Notes under the pieces: generated by a model
Database searches by the model: none
What the model saw: only the letters and a program-made list of their open reading frames with translations
Told to the model about the DNA's origin: nothing
Made by a program: the position numbers and the translations under genes
Origin: a virus
DNA length: 64,000 nt
IMG/VR virus record: IMGVR_UViG_3300036791_001355
Location: 11,506 to 75,505 of that record
Direction: 5' to 3' (one strand)
Part shown: positions 17,699-26,064 of the stretch, piece after piece
Layout: each line of letters opens with the position of its first letter
Position numbering within the stretch: the stretch's first letter is position 1

Positions 17699-18820
17699 AT
17701 GACCAAGCGCAGCGCCACCCTGGCCGATGCCTTCATCGCCCATCGCTACACGGCGGGCGATCCCAACTGCAATCTCATCGCGCCCCGCGTCATCGAGCGG
17801 GTGCAGGCCAAGGCCCGGCAGGCGCGGCGCTTCGTCTTCGACGACGATGCCTCGCGCCGGATCGGCGACGTGGTGCGCGAGATTCCTGATCTGATCGTCC
17901 GCGAAGCCCAGTTCGCCCGCGCCCCCTTCCCGCTGACCTGGGTGGAATACAACTCGGTGGCGATGTGGCGCAGCGTCTACCGGGAGCAACCCCACAAGCT
18001 GGAAAACGAGTTCCCCGACCATGCCGCCCGCATCGGTTACCTCATCGAGGAGAACGAGGTCTACGTGGTGGCGGGCGGGCACGCCGTGACGCCCGAGGCG
18101 CTCAATATCGTCCATCTCGGGCATTTCGCCTATGAACTGAATGTCGTCGGCAGGGATCGCAGCCAGATCCTGCGCGATGAGATGGCGAGAAGGGGCCTCG
18201 ACGCCGCTTCCGAACGCCACGTGCGCGACTGGTTCAACCGCTTCTTCTGGTCCTCCACCGCCGACCACCTCGACGACGCCACGCTGGACGCCCTGTCCAA
18301 TCGCTTCGCCAGCTATCCGCTCTACGACACCAACGGCCCGCTGCATGGCCACATGCAGCAGGTCATGGCCGAGTGCTTCGGCGATCTGCGCAACATCATC
18401 GCCATCCTGCTGATGCTCAACCGGCCCCGCATCACCCGCTATGACAACGAACTGCCGCGCTCACGCGGCTGGCTGAAGAACCGGCAGGTGCCCTATCTGG
18501 CGCACACCCCGGTGACCATCCACCTCGACCCGCTGCCGATCCTGCGCCACCTGGGCACCCCGCTGGGCGAGGCCGAGCCCCGGCGGCGGCACGAGGTGGA
18601 CGGGCACTATCGCCATCGGGGGGGAACGCCCGGCTGCATCCACCCCTGGGTGCGCACCGACGAAGACTGGATAGCGGTGGCCGAGCATGCCGCCCCGGCC
18701 GATGTCGATCACTGGCTGTGTCCGGTGTGCGAACGCAAGCGCTGGTGGGTCAAGACCTATCATCGCGGCGACGCCGCCCGTGGCTACGTCACCCACGACC
18801 ACCGCTATGTCACGCCCTGA
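17699..18820 (+). CDS. conserved phage protein with C-terminal RxHxVxGHxR...W...HxRG motif
   Basis: start MTKRSATL at 17699; RRRHEVDGHYR...WWVKTYHRGDAARG. Confidence 0.7.
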   Translation: MTKRSATLADAFIAHRYTAGDPNCNLIAPRVIERVQAKARQARRFVFDDDASRRIGDVVREIPDLIVREAQFARAPFPLTWVEYNSVAMWRSVYREQPHKLENEFPDHAARIGYLIEENEVYVVAGGHAVTPEALNIVHLGHFAYELNVVGRDRSQILRDEMARRGLDAASERHVRDWFNRFFWSSTADHLDDATLDALSNRFASYPLYDTNGPLHGHMQQVMAECFGDLRNIIAILLMLNRPRITRYDNELPRSRGWLKNRQVPYLAHTPVTIHLDPLPILRHLGTPLGEAEPRRRHEVDGHYRHRGGTPGCIHPWVRTDEDWIAVAEHAAPADVDHWLCPVCERKRWWVKTYHRGDAARGYVTHDHRYVTP

Positions 18821-18835
18821 GCGAGGAGGTCGCTG

Positions 18836-19798
18836 ATGCTCGCTCATCTGGAAGCCGACCTGAGCGCGCGTCTGCTGCGCAGCGTCAGGCCATGGCTCAA
18901 GCCGACGCCGCAGCAGGTTCGCAACGCCGTCCTGGGCCTGCGCATGATCGTCTCCAGTCACGGCCACAACGACAAGCAAAGCGAGTTCCTGGCCACCACC
19001 AACGAGGCCTTCGTCGGCGCCATCGCCAGCGGGCGCCTGATCTGCGTCGGCCACCTGCCCAACGAGGCGATCAAAACGCTCGGCGGCCAGGGCGCCCAGC
19101 TGTTCGGCCACGGCCACATCAAGCACCCGTTCGCCGCCCCCTACTGCATTTTCCATACCTGGGAGCAGGGCGGTTCCATCCTGCTGGTCGATCCCTTCGA
19201 CTTTCACGTCCAAAGCCGGGAGCGCCTGCCCGAGGGCACCTTTCTGGTGGTCGAGGCGCAGCCGGTCATGGTGGCGGGCGAGCCGTCGCTGCTGCTGGCG
19301 GCGGGCGCCTTCGCCACGCTGGACCCGGTCAGCTGCCGCTACGGCGGCGAGATCATCCTCTCGGGCATCTACCAGGGCAACGGCATGGATGGGCTCAAGC
19401 TAAGCCTGGAACTGCTGCCCAGTATGCTGGACCCGACCATGGCGGCGCTGCTGCTGCTCAACACCGATGGCATCGAGGCGACCCAGTGGCAGCCCGGCGA
19501 GAAGCTCAACCGCGCGCGGGTGAAGAACGGCAACGCGCCGCTGCCGCCGCACTGGGAGGTCAACACCGGCCCCTACATCACCGCCCTGCTGGCACGGCGC
19601 CAGCGCGGGCCACGCTCGGCCAGCCAGGGCGGCCACCACGCCAGCCCGATCCCGCACATCCGCCGGGGGCACGTACGCCACCTCGACGAGGTGCGCACCA
19701 CCTGGGTGCACGATTGCCTGATCAACCTGACCGATCCCGACGCCCCGGTGGCGCGCTCGTTCTACAGCCTGCGCCGCGAGGAGGCGGCGAGCCGATGA
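18836..19798 (+). CDS. conserved phage protein with C-terminal SPxPHxRRGHxR motif
   Basis: GAGGAGG RBS; KLNRARVKNG..PLP...SPIPHIRRGHVRHL...TWV. Confidence 0.75.
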   Translation: MLAHLEADLSARLLRSVRPWLKPTPQQVRNAVLGLRMIVSSHGHNDKQSEFLATTNEAFVGAIASGRLICVGHLPNEAIKTLGGQGAQLFGHGHIKHPFAAPYCIFHTWEQGGSILLVDPFDFHVQSRERLPEGTFLVVEAQPVMVAGEPSLLLAAGAFATLDPVSCRYGGEIILSGIYQGNGMDGLKLSLELLPSMLDPTMAALLLLNTDGIEATQWQPGEKLNRARVKNGNAPLPPHWEVNTGPYITALLARRQRGPRSASQGGHHASPIPHIRRGHVRHLDEVRTTWVHDCLINLTDPDAPVARSFYSLRREEAASR

Positions 19799-20001
19799 CC
19801 CTGGAAGAGATTCACGCCTGCATCGTCCGATCCGCGACTCAACTGGATGAAATACACACCGTGATCAGTGCTGATCATCCCACTGACGAAGAAGGGTTTG
19901 TGAAGCCCGAAGACCCCGATCTCGCTGATGCCTTAACGACGATGGAGAACGTAGCTTCTGCTTTATCGCGGCTGGCATTCAAAATAGCTCGGGAGAGTTA
20001 G
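19795..20001 (+). CDS. hypothetical protein
   Basis: ATGA overlap; lower GC. Confidence 0.5.
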   Translation: MTLEEIHACIVRSATQLDEIHTVISADHPTDEEGFVKPEDPDLADALTTMENVASALSRLAFKIARES

Positions 20002-20114
20002 CCACGCATGTTCTGCTGTTCCCGGCCCAATAGTCCCGAAAACGCCTCTCAGTCAGCTTTTCGACGTTTACAACGGCAGTTGTATTTGCCGAATATGCAT
20101 GTAGCGCCCAAAGA

Positions 20115-20192
20115 ATGGATGATCTCTGGAAATGGGTCGCCATCTGCTTCCTCGCGGGGCTGATCGGCGGCCTCGTCGCGCGGCATCTGTGA
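20115..20192 (+). CDS. possible tiny TM peptide (25 aa)
   Basis: hand translation MDDLWKWVAICFLAGLIGGLVARHL. Confidence 0.3.
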   Translation: MDDLWKWVAICFLAGLIGGLVARHL

Positions 20193-20247
20193 CGGGGTCA
20201 CACCTCTCCAGAGGATACAAATTCTTGCGCATTTTCAGCCGGACGAG

Positions 20248-20805
20248 TCAAGATGTTGTTGTCCCGGCTGAACTTCGGCCGTGATAGTACTCATCCAACC
20301 CGTCCAGCGCGTGGCGCAGCCACAGCAGCGCCAGCCCGATATGGCCGAGGCCGTGGGCGTCCTCGAACTCGCGCGGCGGACGGTTGTCGAGCAGCACCCA
20401 CCACAGCACGGTGTCGCGGCTGATGCCGAGCATCAGGCGTACCCGCTGCACGGCGCGGATGGCCCGGCGCTGGCTCTCGGTGGCGCCCTGGTAGCCGCCG
20501 CCCCGGGCGGTCAGCAGCAAGGCCCACGAGCAGGCGGTGCCGGCGCTGGCGCGGCTGAGATCGTCGAGGAAGCGGTTGGCGGCGTCGAACTGGCGCTTGC
20601 TGACGAGGTCGCTGCGGTAGAGGTCGTCGAGCACCGACCAGCGGCGGGCGCCGCGCACCAGCGCCTTGATGGCGGGGTCGGGATCGGCGCGGTCTTCCAG
20701 CACGGCGGCACCGGCCCCCCGGCTTTCCAGTCGACCCTGCCGCGTGACATGCACGCTAGGGCCATAATCCGAGGCGTGGAAGGCAGGAAGACGCCGCCGC
20801 TTCAC
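20248..20805 (-). CDS. putative late-gene regulator (DUF6456/Q-like)
   Basis: LDDLYRSDLVSKRQFDAANRF...LRHALDGLDEYY; last gene of the replication operon. Confidence 0.5.
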   Translation of the reverse strand: MKRRRLPAFHASDYGPSVHVTRQGRLESRGAGAAVLEDRADPDPAIKALVRGARRWSVLDDLYRSDLVSKRQFDAANRFLDDLSRASAGTACSWALLLTARGGGYQGATESQRRAIRAVQRVRLMLGISRDTVLWWVLLDNRPPREFEDAHGLGHIGLALLWLRHALDGLDEYYHGRSSAGTTTS

Positions 20806-20835
20806 CCGACTACCACCCCCCCCCCTGCACTGCCC

Positions 20836-22659
20836 TCAGTGGTCATCCTGATCGCTCCAGTGGGGCGGCGCGTCATCCGGCCCGCTGCCGTGCAGATCCG
20901 CCACCGGAGTGCGGTAGCGACCCACCGAGGCGTCGAAGTCCAGCTTCGCCGAATCCCCCCGGCGACCCCAGCGGCGGAAGCGTGTCTTCCAGACGATGAT
21001 CTCGGCCTCGCCCATCTCCGGTGCCCACACCGTCACCCCGAGATCGGTCTTGTTGGCCCAGTGGGCAGAACCCGAGATGTCATAGGCACCGGGCGGGTTA
21101 CGCTTCTCGCCGTTTTTGAGCGGCGGCGGCTTGGCCGGATGCGCCACCACCCAGACATTGCAGCCATGGCGCAGGGCAAAGCCCCGCAGGCGCTGCAGGG
21201 TGCGTCCGGTGTAGTCGGTCTCGGTCATGTCGCCGCGCTGGTGCTCGATCTCGTTCCAGGGGTCGATCAGGAAGTCCGTCGTGCCGTCGCGCAGGACGCA
21301 ATAAGCCGCCCGCTCCAGCAGCCACTCCAGCGTCGGCGCCTGATCCGTGGCGTCGCATTGCAGCACCTTGACGTGGTCGCGGAGGAACTCCGAAGCCGCG
21401 TCCACCTGCGCGTCTGCCATGCCCTGCCCCGAGTTGGACCCCGGCCCCGGCCAGAACGGCTCGCCGATGAACGCCTCGGCGCACTCGACCATGAACTGCT
21501 CGAACTCGTGCTCGGGCGAGAACACCAGCCACTTGCGTCCGTGCTTGCCCATGGTGTGCAAGGCGGTGAACCGCACCCAGGTGGACTTGCCATGATTGGG
21601 CGTCCCGGTGACGACGATCAGCCGCCCCTCCACCGGCAGCTTGAGCACCTTGTCCGTGGCCCCCGTGCCGGTGGTCATGGTGGGCGGCGGCGGACTCTTG
21701 CGCCAGTCGCGCAGCGTGTCCGGCCCAAGATCCAGAATGCCCTCGATGGGATAGGGCGTGGCGGCGGCGAGAGCGGCCTCGATCTCGGCCGGGCCGTTGT
21801 CCTTGGCGGTGGCCAGCACCTCGCCCGCGTCCTTGCAGCCACGCGGCCATGTCACCAGCGAGACTTTGTGGCGGCCCAGGCGACGCGCCAGTTCCTCCTT
21901 CAGCGCCATCCCCGGCCCATCCATGTCCCCCGCCAGCACGTGGTGCTTGACCTTGGCCAGCTGTACCGCGTGCGTGGTCAGCGCGGCAAATCGCGCATCG
22001 TCCTGGCGGAACTTGGCCTGAGCCGGCGCCCCGTCGCGCAGGCTGACCACGTTGGTCTGCCCGGACTCGAACATCGCCAGCACGTCCGGCTCGCCCTCGA
22101 CCCAGAGCAGCGTCTCCGGGGGTTGCTCCAAGACCTCGGCGTTGAACAGCACCGGCTCGCCCGTGTTCTCCTGGCTCTGCGGCCCTTTCTCGGGATAGGG
22201 GCGGTATTTCCGCGTCACCACCTTGCCGTTCCAGCGGTACGGGAAGACCACGGCAGGGCGCTTGCCAAGGCCGGGAAAGAACCGCTCCACCGCGTAGATC
22301 CCGAAGTGATTCAGCGTTTTCGTCGCGATCCGGCGCTCGTCGAAGAACTTGTGGAGCCACTCCGGGCGATGCTGCTGCTGCTCCTCGCTGTGCTTGGGCA
22401 GCGGTTCCCGGCGCAACGGCGTCTGGGGCTTCCACCCGTGGCGTACCCGCCCGCTGCCACTCCAGCCACAGGTGCCCCGGTGGCAGACCCACACCGCGCC
22501 CGCGCCATCCGGGTCGATGTCAACCGAGCACGACAACTCGCGGCTCGTGCCGCCCTCGCATCGCGGGCAGCGGATGTGCTCGTTGTGACCGGGAGTCAGC
22601 CGCTTCAGCCTGAGCCCGGCGCCCGCCAGGATGGCGGGGAGACTGTCCGCGCCGTTCAT
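20836..22659 (-). CDS. bifunctional primase-helicase (T7 gp4/Twinkle-like)
   Basis: Zn finger CPRC...CHRGTC, TOPRIM VEGEPD and AGDMDGPG, Walker A TGTPNHGKST, IDPWN, VAHPAK, YDISGSAHWANKTD. Confidence 0.92.
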   Translation of the reverse strand: MNGADSLPAILAGAGLRLKRLTPGHNEHIRCPRCEGGTSRELSCSVDIDPDGAGAVWVCHRGTCGWSGSGRVRHGWKPQTPLRREPLPKHSEEQQQHRPEWLHKFFDERRIATKTLNHFGIYAVERFFPGLGKRPAVVFPYRWNGKVVTRKYRPYPEKGPQSQENTGEPVLFNAEVLEQPPETLLWVEGEPDVLAMFESGQTNVVSLRDGAPAQAKFRQDDARFAALTTHAVQLAKVKHHVLAGDMDGPGMALKEELARRLGRHKVSLVTWPRGCKDAGEVLATAKDNGPAEIEAALAAATPYPIEGILDLGPDTLRDWRKSPPPPTMTTGTGATDKVLKLPVEGRLIVVTGTPNHGKSTWVRFTALHTMGKHGRKWLVFSPEHEFEQFMVECAEAFIGEPFWPGPGSNSGQGMADAQVDAASEFLRDHVKVLQCDATDQAPTLEWLLERAAYCVLRDGTTDFLIDPWNEIEHQRGDMTETDYTGRTLQRLRGFALRHGCNVWVVAHPAKPPPLKNGEKRNPPGAYDISGSAHWANKTDLGVTVWAPEMGEAEIIVWKTRFRRWGRRGDSAKLDFDASVGRYRTPVADLHGSGPDDAPPHWSDQDDH

Positions 22660-23501
22660 AGCGAGTTCCACCCGATGCCACCGTTGCGGCGTGGCGTATG
22701 GTTGTCGAACTTACCCTCACGGATCTGCACCAGCTTCTTTGGGCTCAGCAGGAAGTCGAAATCGGCCCTCCAGGCGCGCGAGCCACCGCCTCGGCAGAAA
22801 TCCGAAGCTTCCAGCTTGCGGATCGCCTCCAGCATCCCCTCCGGGCCGTGCTCCTTCAGCCGCGCTCGCAGATGGACCCGACGCTGCGGCGTGAGCATGC
22901 GGACCACGGGCATGCCGCTCCGCTTGGCCATCTCGTTCCAGGCCTCGACGATGGGCTGCTCGTCCTCCGCGCCCTGTGGTTTGGCTTTGGTCCGCGCTGG
23001 TTTGGTTTCTGGCTCTGGCGCGGATTCGGGAAACAATTCTGCCGCGCGGTCCACGAGAGTCTGCGAAGCAGACTCGGTATCTTTCTTCCTAAGGGGGTAC
23101 TTAAGGGGATTGGGTGCATCTCTTGCACCCTTGGGGTGCACCTGTTGCACCCTTGGCTTCGTCATGGGTGCAGTGGTTGCACCCCTCATGGGTGCATGTG
23201 TTGCACCCTTGCTTTCGACGGAATGGCCCCGCAACAGCGTAAAAATCAAGTGTTTCCCCTCCATTCTGACACGCAGAAGAGGGTCTGGCGCATTACTTAG
23301 CGCCCGCACCGCGTACTGCACCGTGCGCTCGCTCAGCCCGGTGTCGTCTCGGATGGTGCCAATCGCGATGGGGCCTTCACGGTTAAACCTGTCCACCCGC
23401 TCGGCGACGGTGACCAGCACCCACCGCTGAGTCGAGGGAAGATTGCGCTGCCGTGCCGCCTTGATGGCCCAGGCGCAGTTGGGACAGGACGCGGGAATCA
23501 T
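22656..23501 (-). CDS. replication initiator (N-terminal wHTH; lambda O-like layout)
   Basis: DTGLSERTVQYAVRAL HTH; internal iterons; C-terminal WN...LTPQRR...WRADFDFLL..EGKFD. Confidence 0.8.
   Translation of the reverse strand: MIPASCPNCAWAIKAARQRNLPSTQRWVLVTVAERVDRFNREGPIAIGTIRDDTGLSERTVQYAVRALSNAPDPLLRVRMEGKHLIFTLLRGHSVESKGATHAPMRGATTAPMTKPRVQQVHPKGARDAPNPLKYPLRKKDTESASQTLVDRAAELFPESAPEPETKPARTKAKPQGAEDEQPIVEAWNEMAKRSGMPVVRMLTPQRRVHLRARLKEHGPEGMLEAIRKLEASDFCRGGGSRAWRADFDFLLSPKKLVQIREGKFDNHTPRRNGGIGWNSL
23112..23208. repeat. four palindromic iterons GGGTGCA-N5-TGCACCC; probable replication origin
   Basis: copies at 23112, 23134, 23166 and 23190 inside the initiator gene. Confidence 0.8.
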
Positions 23502-23725
23502 GACCGCACCTCCCCAGCGAGAAGGTATTCCCACTCGGGAAGCAGCGTGACTGGGCCATGCACCTCAGAAGTTGTCCCAGTGATCTCACAGTCACGCCGG
23601 GCGCACTGCGCAATAAAGAGATCGCGCACCTCATCTAACCCGATTTGCGTCATGCACGTACCGTGGACAGGACACGAGCAAATGCTGAGACGCCGAGCGC
23701 GATCAGCTGGGGATTGCCGTTTCAT
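23498..23725 (-). CDS. small Cys-rich hypothetical protein
   Basis: AAGGAG RBS; CSCPVHG...CARRDC. Confidence 0.55.
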   Translation of the reverse strand: MKRQSPADRARRLSICSCPVHGTCMTQIGLDEVRDLFIAQCARRDCEITGTTSEVHGPVTLLPEWEYLLAGEVRS

Positions 23726-23901
23726 CGGCACAGACTCCTTGCGTTCCGTGCAAGGCCGTGCCAGATTCCAAGCGGTTCTAAGGCTTGGTCTGCGGCACGT
23801 CCCTGCACAGACTGGTTCAACCAATCAGGCGCCTCCGTCTTCACAGGACGGGGGCGTCGCCTATTTTGGGCCAAGCCCCCGCCTACGCCAAGCGGATTCA
23901 T
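23722..23901 (-). CDS. hypothetical protein
   Basis: ATGA overlaps at both ends. Confidence 0.35.
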   Translation of the reverse strand: MNPLGVGGGLAQNRRRPRPVKTEAPDWLNQSVQGRAADQALEPLGIWHGLARNARSLCR

Positions 23902-24107
23902 GCGTCCCTCGGCAAACGCAACGAACGCGGCCTCAGCGGCAGGCCGTGCTGCAGGCAGCGGGCGCGATCCGGCACCGCCCGGCACAGCAGAATGCCCGCC
24001 TCGCGTACCTCCTCCTGACCCGGCCACACCAGCACGGCAGGCGCTCCGCAGACACACCGCCGCTCGGCGAAGGCCTGCGCCAGCGCCGCCGATCCCGCCG
24101 GCTTCAT
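23898..24107 (-). CDS. small Cys-containing hypothetical protein
   Basis: ATGA overlap; CVCG...CLQH. Confidence 0.5.
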   Translation of the reverse strand: MKPAGSAALAQAFAERRCVCGAPAVLVWPGQEEVREAGILLCRAVPDRARCLQHGLPLRPRSLRLPRDA

Positions 24108-24655
24108 GGTACCCCCTCTCTCCCCCCCTTCGGGGGAGAGAGAGACCCACCGTTCAGACGGCCGTAATGCCACAGCCACACCAGCGCCGCGTCGGCGGCA
24201 TGGTGGGTCGCCACCTTGATGCCCCGGCGGTGGCAGTAACGCAGCACCTCACGCTTGACGACGTCCTTGGAGTAGCGGCAGCCGAGCAGTTCATCGCGCA
24301 CGGCCTGGGCATTGATCTCGCTCACCGCACAGCGCGCGTGCCACGCCTCGGTGTGCGCCTGCCACGTCAGCCCGTATTGCTGGCGGGCACTGCGCATGTT
24401 GGTCTGCGCCAGCGGCGGCAACGGCGCCTCCAGCACGAGGTGGGCCGGCTCCACCTCCTCCAGCAACTCGGCCAGCCGCTCGGCGAAAGCCGCCCCCCTG
24501 GCGCCCTCGCCGCCGACCATCGGCAGCTGCCACGTACCGTGCGCCAGTTCCTGCGGCTGGTGGCCATAGGCCCAGCCGACGGCACTGGACAGATCCAGCG
24601 CCAGCACGCCGCCGGTTAGCACCAGACGCGGTTCACCCTCGCCATCACGCGGCAT
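24104..24655 (-). CDS. RuvC-like Holliday junction resolvase
   Basis: VLALDLSSAVGWA, LVLEAP, K..V...C, AADAALVW. Confidence 0.75.
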   Translation of the reverse strand: MPRDGEGEPRLVLTGGVLALDLSSAVGWAYGHQPQELAHGTWQLPMVGGEGARGAAFAERLAELLEEVEPAHLVLEAPLPPLAQTNMRSARQQYGLTWQAHTEAWHARCAVSEINAQAVRDELLGCRYSKDVVKREVLRYCHRRGIKVATHHAADAALVWLWHYGRLNGGSLSPPKGGREGVP

Positions 24656-24659
24656 GGCC

Positions 24660-25262
24660 TCACGCCCCCGGTGACGGGGTGACGACCAGCACCAGCGGCG
24701 GTTTCCTGCGCGCCCGCTTCTGGTGCTCCTCCGTCCCCGGCAGCGGCGGCTGCTTGCGGCGGCGGCGAGTGCGCGTGGCGGTGACCTGTTCGGTGTCCGG
24801 CCCCAGCTGCCGCGCGATGGCTGCCTGTCCCCGGTGCCACCCGGCCAGCCACGCCAGCGCCAGTTCCGACCCCGACGGGTAGGGCGCATCGGCGATATCG
24901 ACGCCCTCGCAACCGGCCCGGTAGCCCCGGTCCTCGGCATCCCACGGGTCTTCGCCCCGTACCGAGGTCACCTCCGTCATGCCAGCGAAGAGATCATGGG
25001 CGCCAATCGGAATGCGGCGCAGGCCGAGGTAGTAGAGGCGGTGCCGCAGGGCGACGCGAACCTCGTCGCCGTCGCGCTTGCCATCCCTGATGGCGGCTTT
25101 CAGTTCGGTGACATTCTCGCCCGCCACGCGGGCGCGCTTGTAGAGATTGCGCAGCACGCCCTGCTCTTCCTCGACCCGTCTCTGCTGCGCCATGATGTCA
25201 CGCAGCCAGCGCAGCGAGTCTTGCGGGTCCAGATCGACGGAAACGGTTGTGGCATCTGACAT
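24660..25262 (-). CDS. GapR/DUF2312-like protein with C-terminal GYxAG...PY...WLxGW module
   Basis: helical N-terminal half (LRNLYKRARVAG...LKAAIR); GGAGGGG RBS. Confidence 0.5.
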   Translation of the reverse strand: MSDATTVSVDLDPQDSLRWLRDIMAQQRRVEEEQGVLRNLYKRARVAGENVTELKAAIRDGKRDGDEVRVALRHRLYYLGLRRIPIGAHDLFAGMTEVTSVRGEDPWDAEDRGYRAGCEGVDIADAPYPSGSELALAWLAGWHRGQAAIARQLGPDTEQVTATRTRRRRKQPPLPGTEEHQKRARRKPPLVLVVTPSPGA

Positions 25263-25422
25263 TTCCCCCCTCCGTGATCTGTTACTGGCGTGATTCCGCC
25301 CTGCGAAGATGCAGGTGCACAAAGCAACTTTGTCAATAAAGCCGCCCTTGGGCTGCGTCACGGTGAGCCGTCGGCCATCCTGCGCCGTTCACACAAGTGA
25401 CGCAAGGCGTGTGACGCTTTTG

Positions 25423-25456
25423 TTGACATCCGGGGAGCAATAGGCAAATATTGCCC
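25423..25456 (+). promoter_or_regulatory. sigma70-type promoter P6 overlapped by the GGCAAATAT box
   Basis: TTGACA(25423)-17bp-AAATAT; GCAATAGGCAAATAT is identical to the reverse complement of the P5 box. Confidence 0.7.
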
Positions 25457-25494
25457 GCTTCGGGCCGCTACCCGAGAATGAGGACAACACATTG

Positions 25495-26061
25495 ATGGAC
25501 AAGCCGACTCCGTTGCCAACCCGGGCACGCGGGAATTTTTCTCGTCCCCCGTCCCCGTTCCAGATCGAGGCGGCGCTGGCGGAAGCCTTGCGCGGCCGAA
25601 AGCAGTTGCTGGAAATCGATCCCACCATCGCCGACGATCCCAAAGCCTATGCCGACACCTTGGAGGGCATCACCGACGACTGGGTGGAGGAACTGCACCG
25701 CTGCATCGAGGGGGTGCAGAAGGCCGAGGATTACCAGCAGGTGATCGGCCAGCGCATCGCCGAACTGGAGAAGCGCCGAGCCCGCTTCAAGGCGCAGGAA
25801 AAGCACTGGCGCAGCGTCGCTCTACGCATGCTCGAACTGCTCGATGTCAGGCGCTTCGAGCGCCCCGAGTACACCCTCAGCATGCGGCCCGGTGCGGCGC
25901 ATGTGCAGCTGACCGACGAGACCCTGCTGCCGCCCGAGTTCCAGCGCGTCACGGTGGAGGCGGACAAGGCGGCTCTGCTCAAGGCGCTCAAGGCGGGCGA
26001 GACGGTACCCGGCGCCGTGCTCTCCAACCCGCAACTCACCCTCTACCTGACGGAGCGCTGA
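25495..26061 (+). CDS. Siphovirus Gp157-family protein
   Basis: DTLEG, coiled coil, LLPPEFQRVTVEADKAALLKALKAGETVPGAVL. Confidence 0.85.
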   Translation: MDKPTPLPTRARGNFSRPPSPFQIEAALAEALRGRKQLLEIDPTIADDPKAYADTLEGITDDWVEELHRCIEGVQKAEDYQQVIGQRIAELEKRRARFKAQEKHWRSVALRMLELLDVRRFERPEYTLSMRPGAAHVQLTDETLLPPEFQRVTVEADKAALLKALKAGETVPGAVLSNPQLTLYLTER

Positions 26062-26064
26062 GCC

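Noticed and set aside
20281-23430. 1049-aa plus-strand ORF and other long antisense ORFs (2785-4476, 11527-12741, 34439-35926, 48617-49993)
   Set aside because: Shadow frames of well-supported minus-strand genes in high-GC DNA; no motifs, unlike the nested HNH.
25263-25494. Lysogeny switch (cI/cro) at the divergent junction
   Set aside because: No credible HTH ORF in the gap and no integrase in the window; lifestyle remains undetermined.
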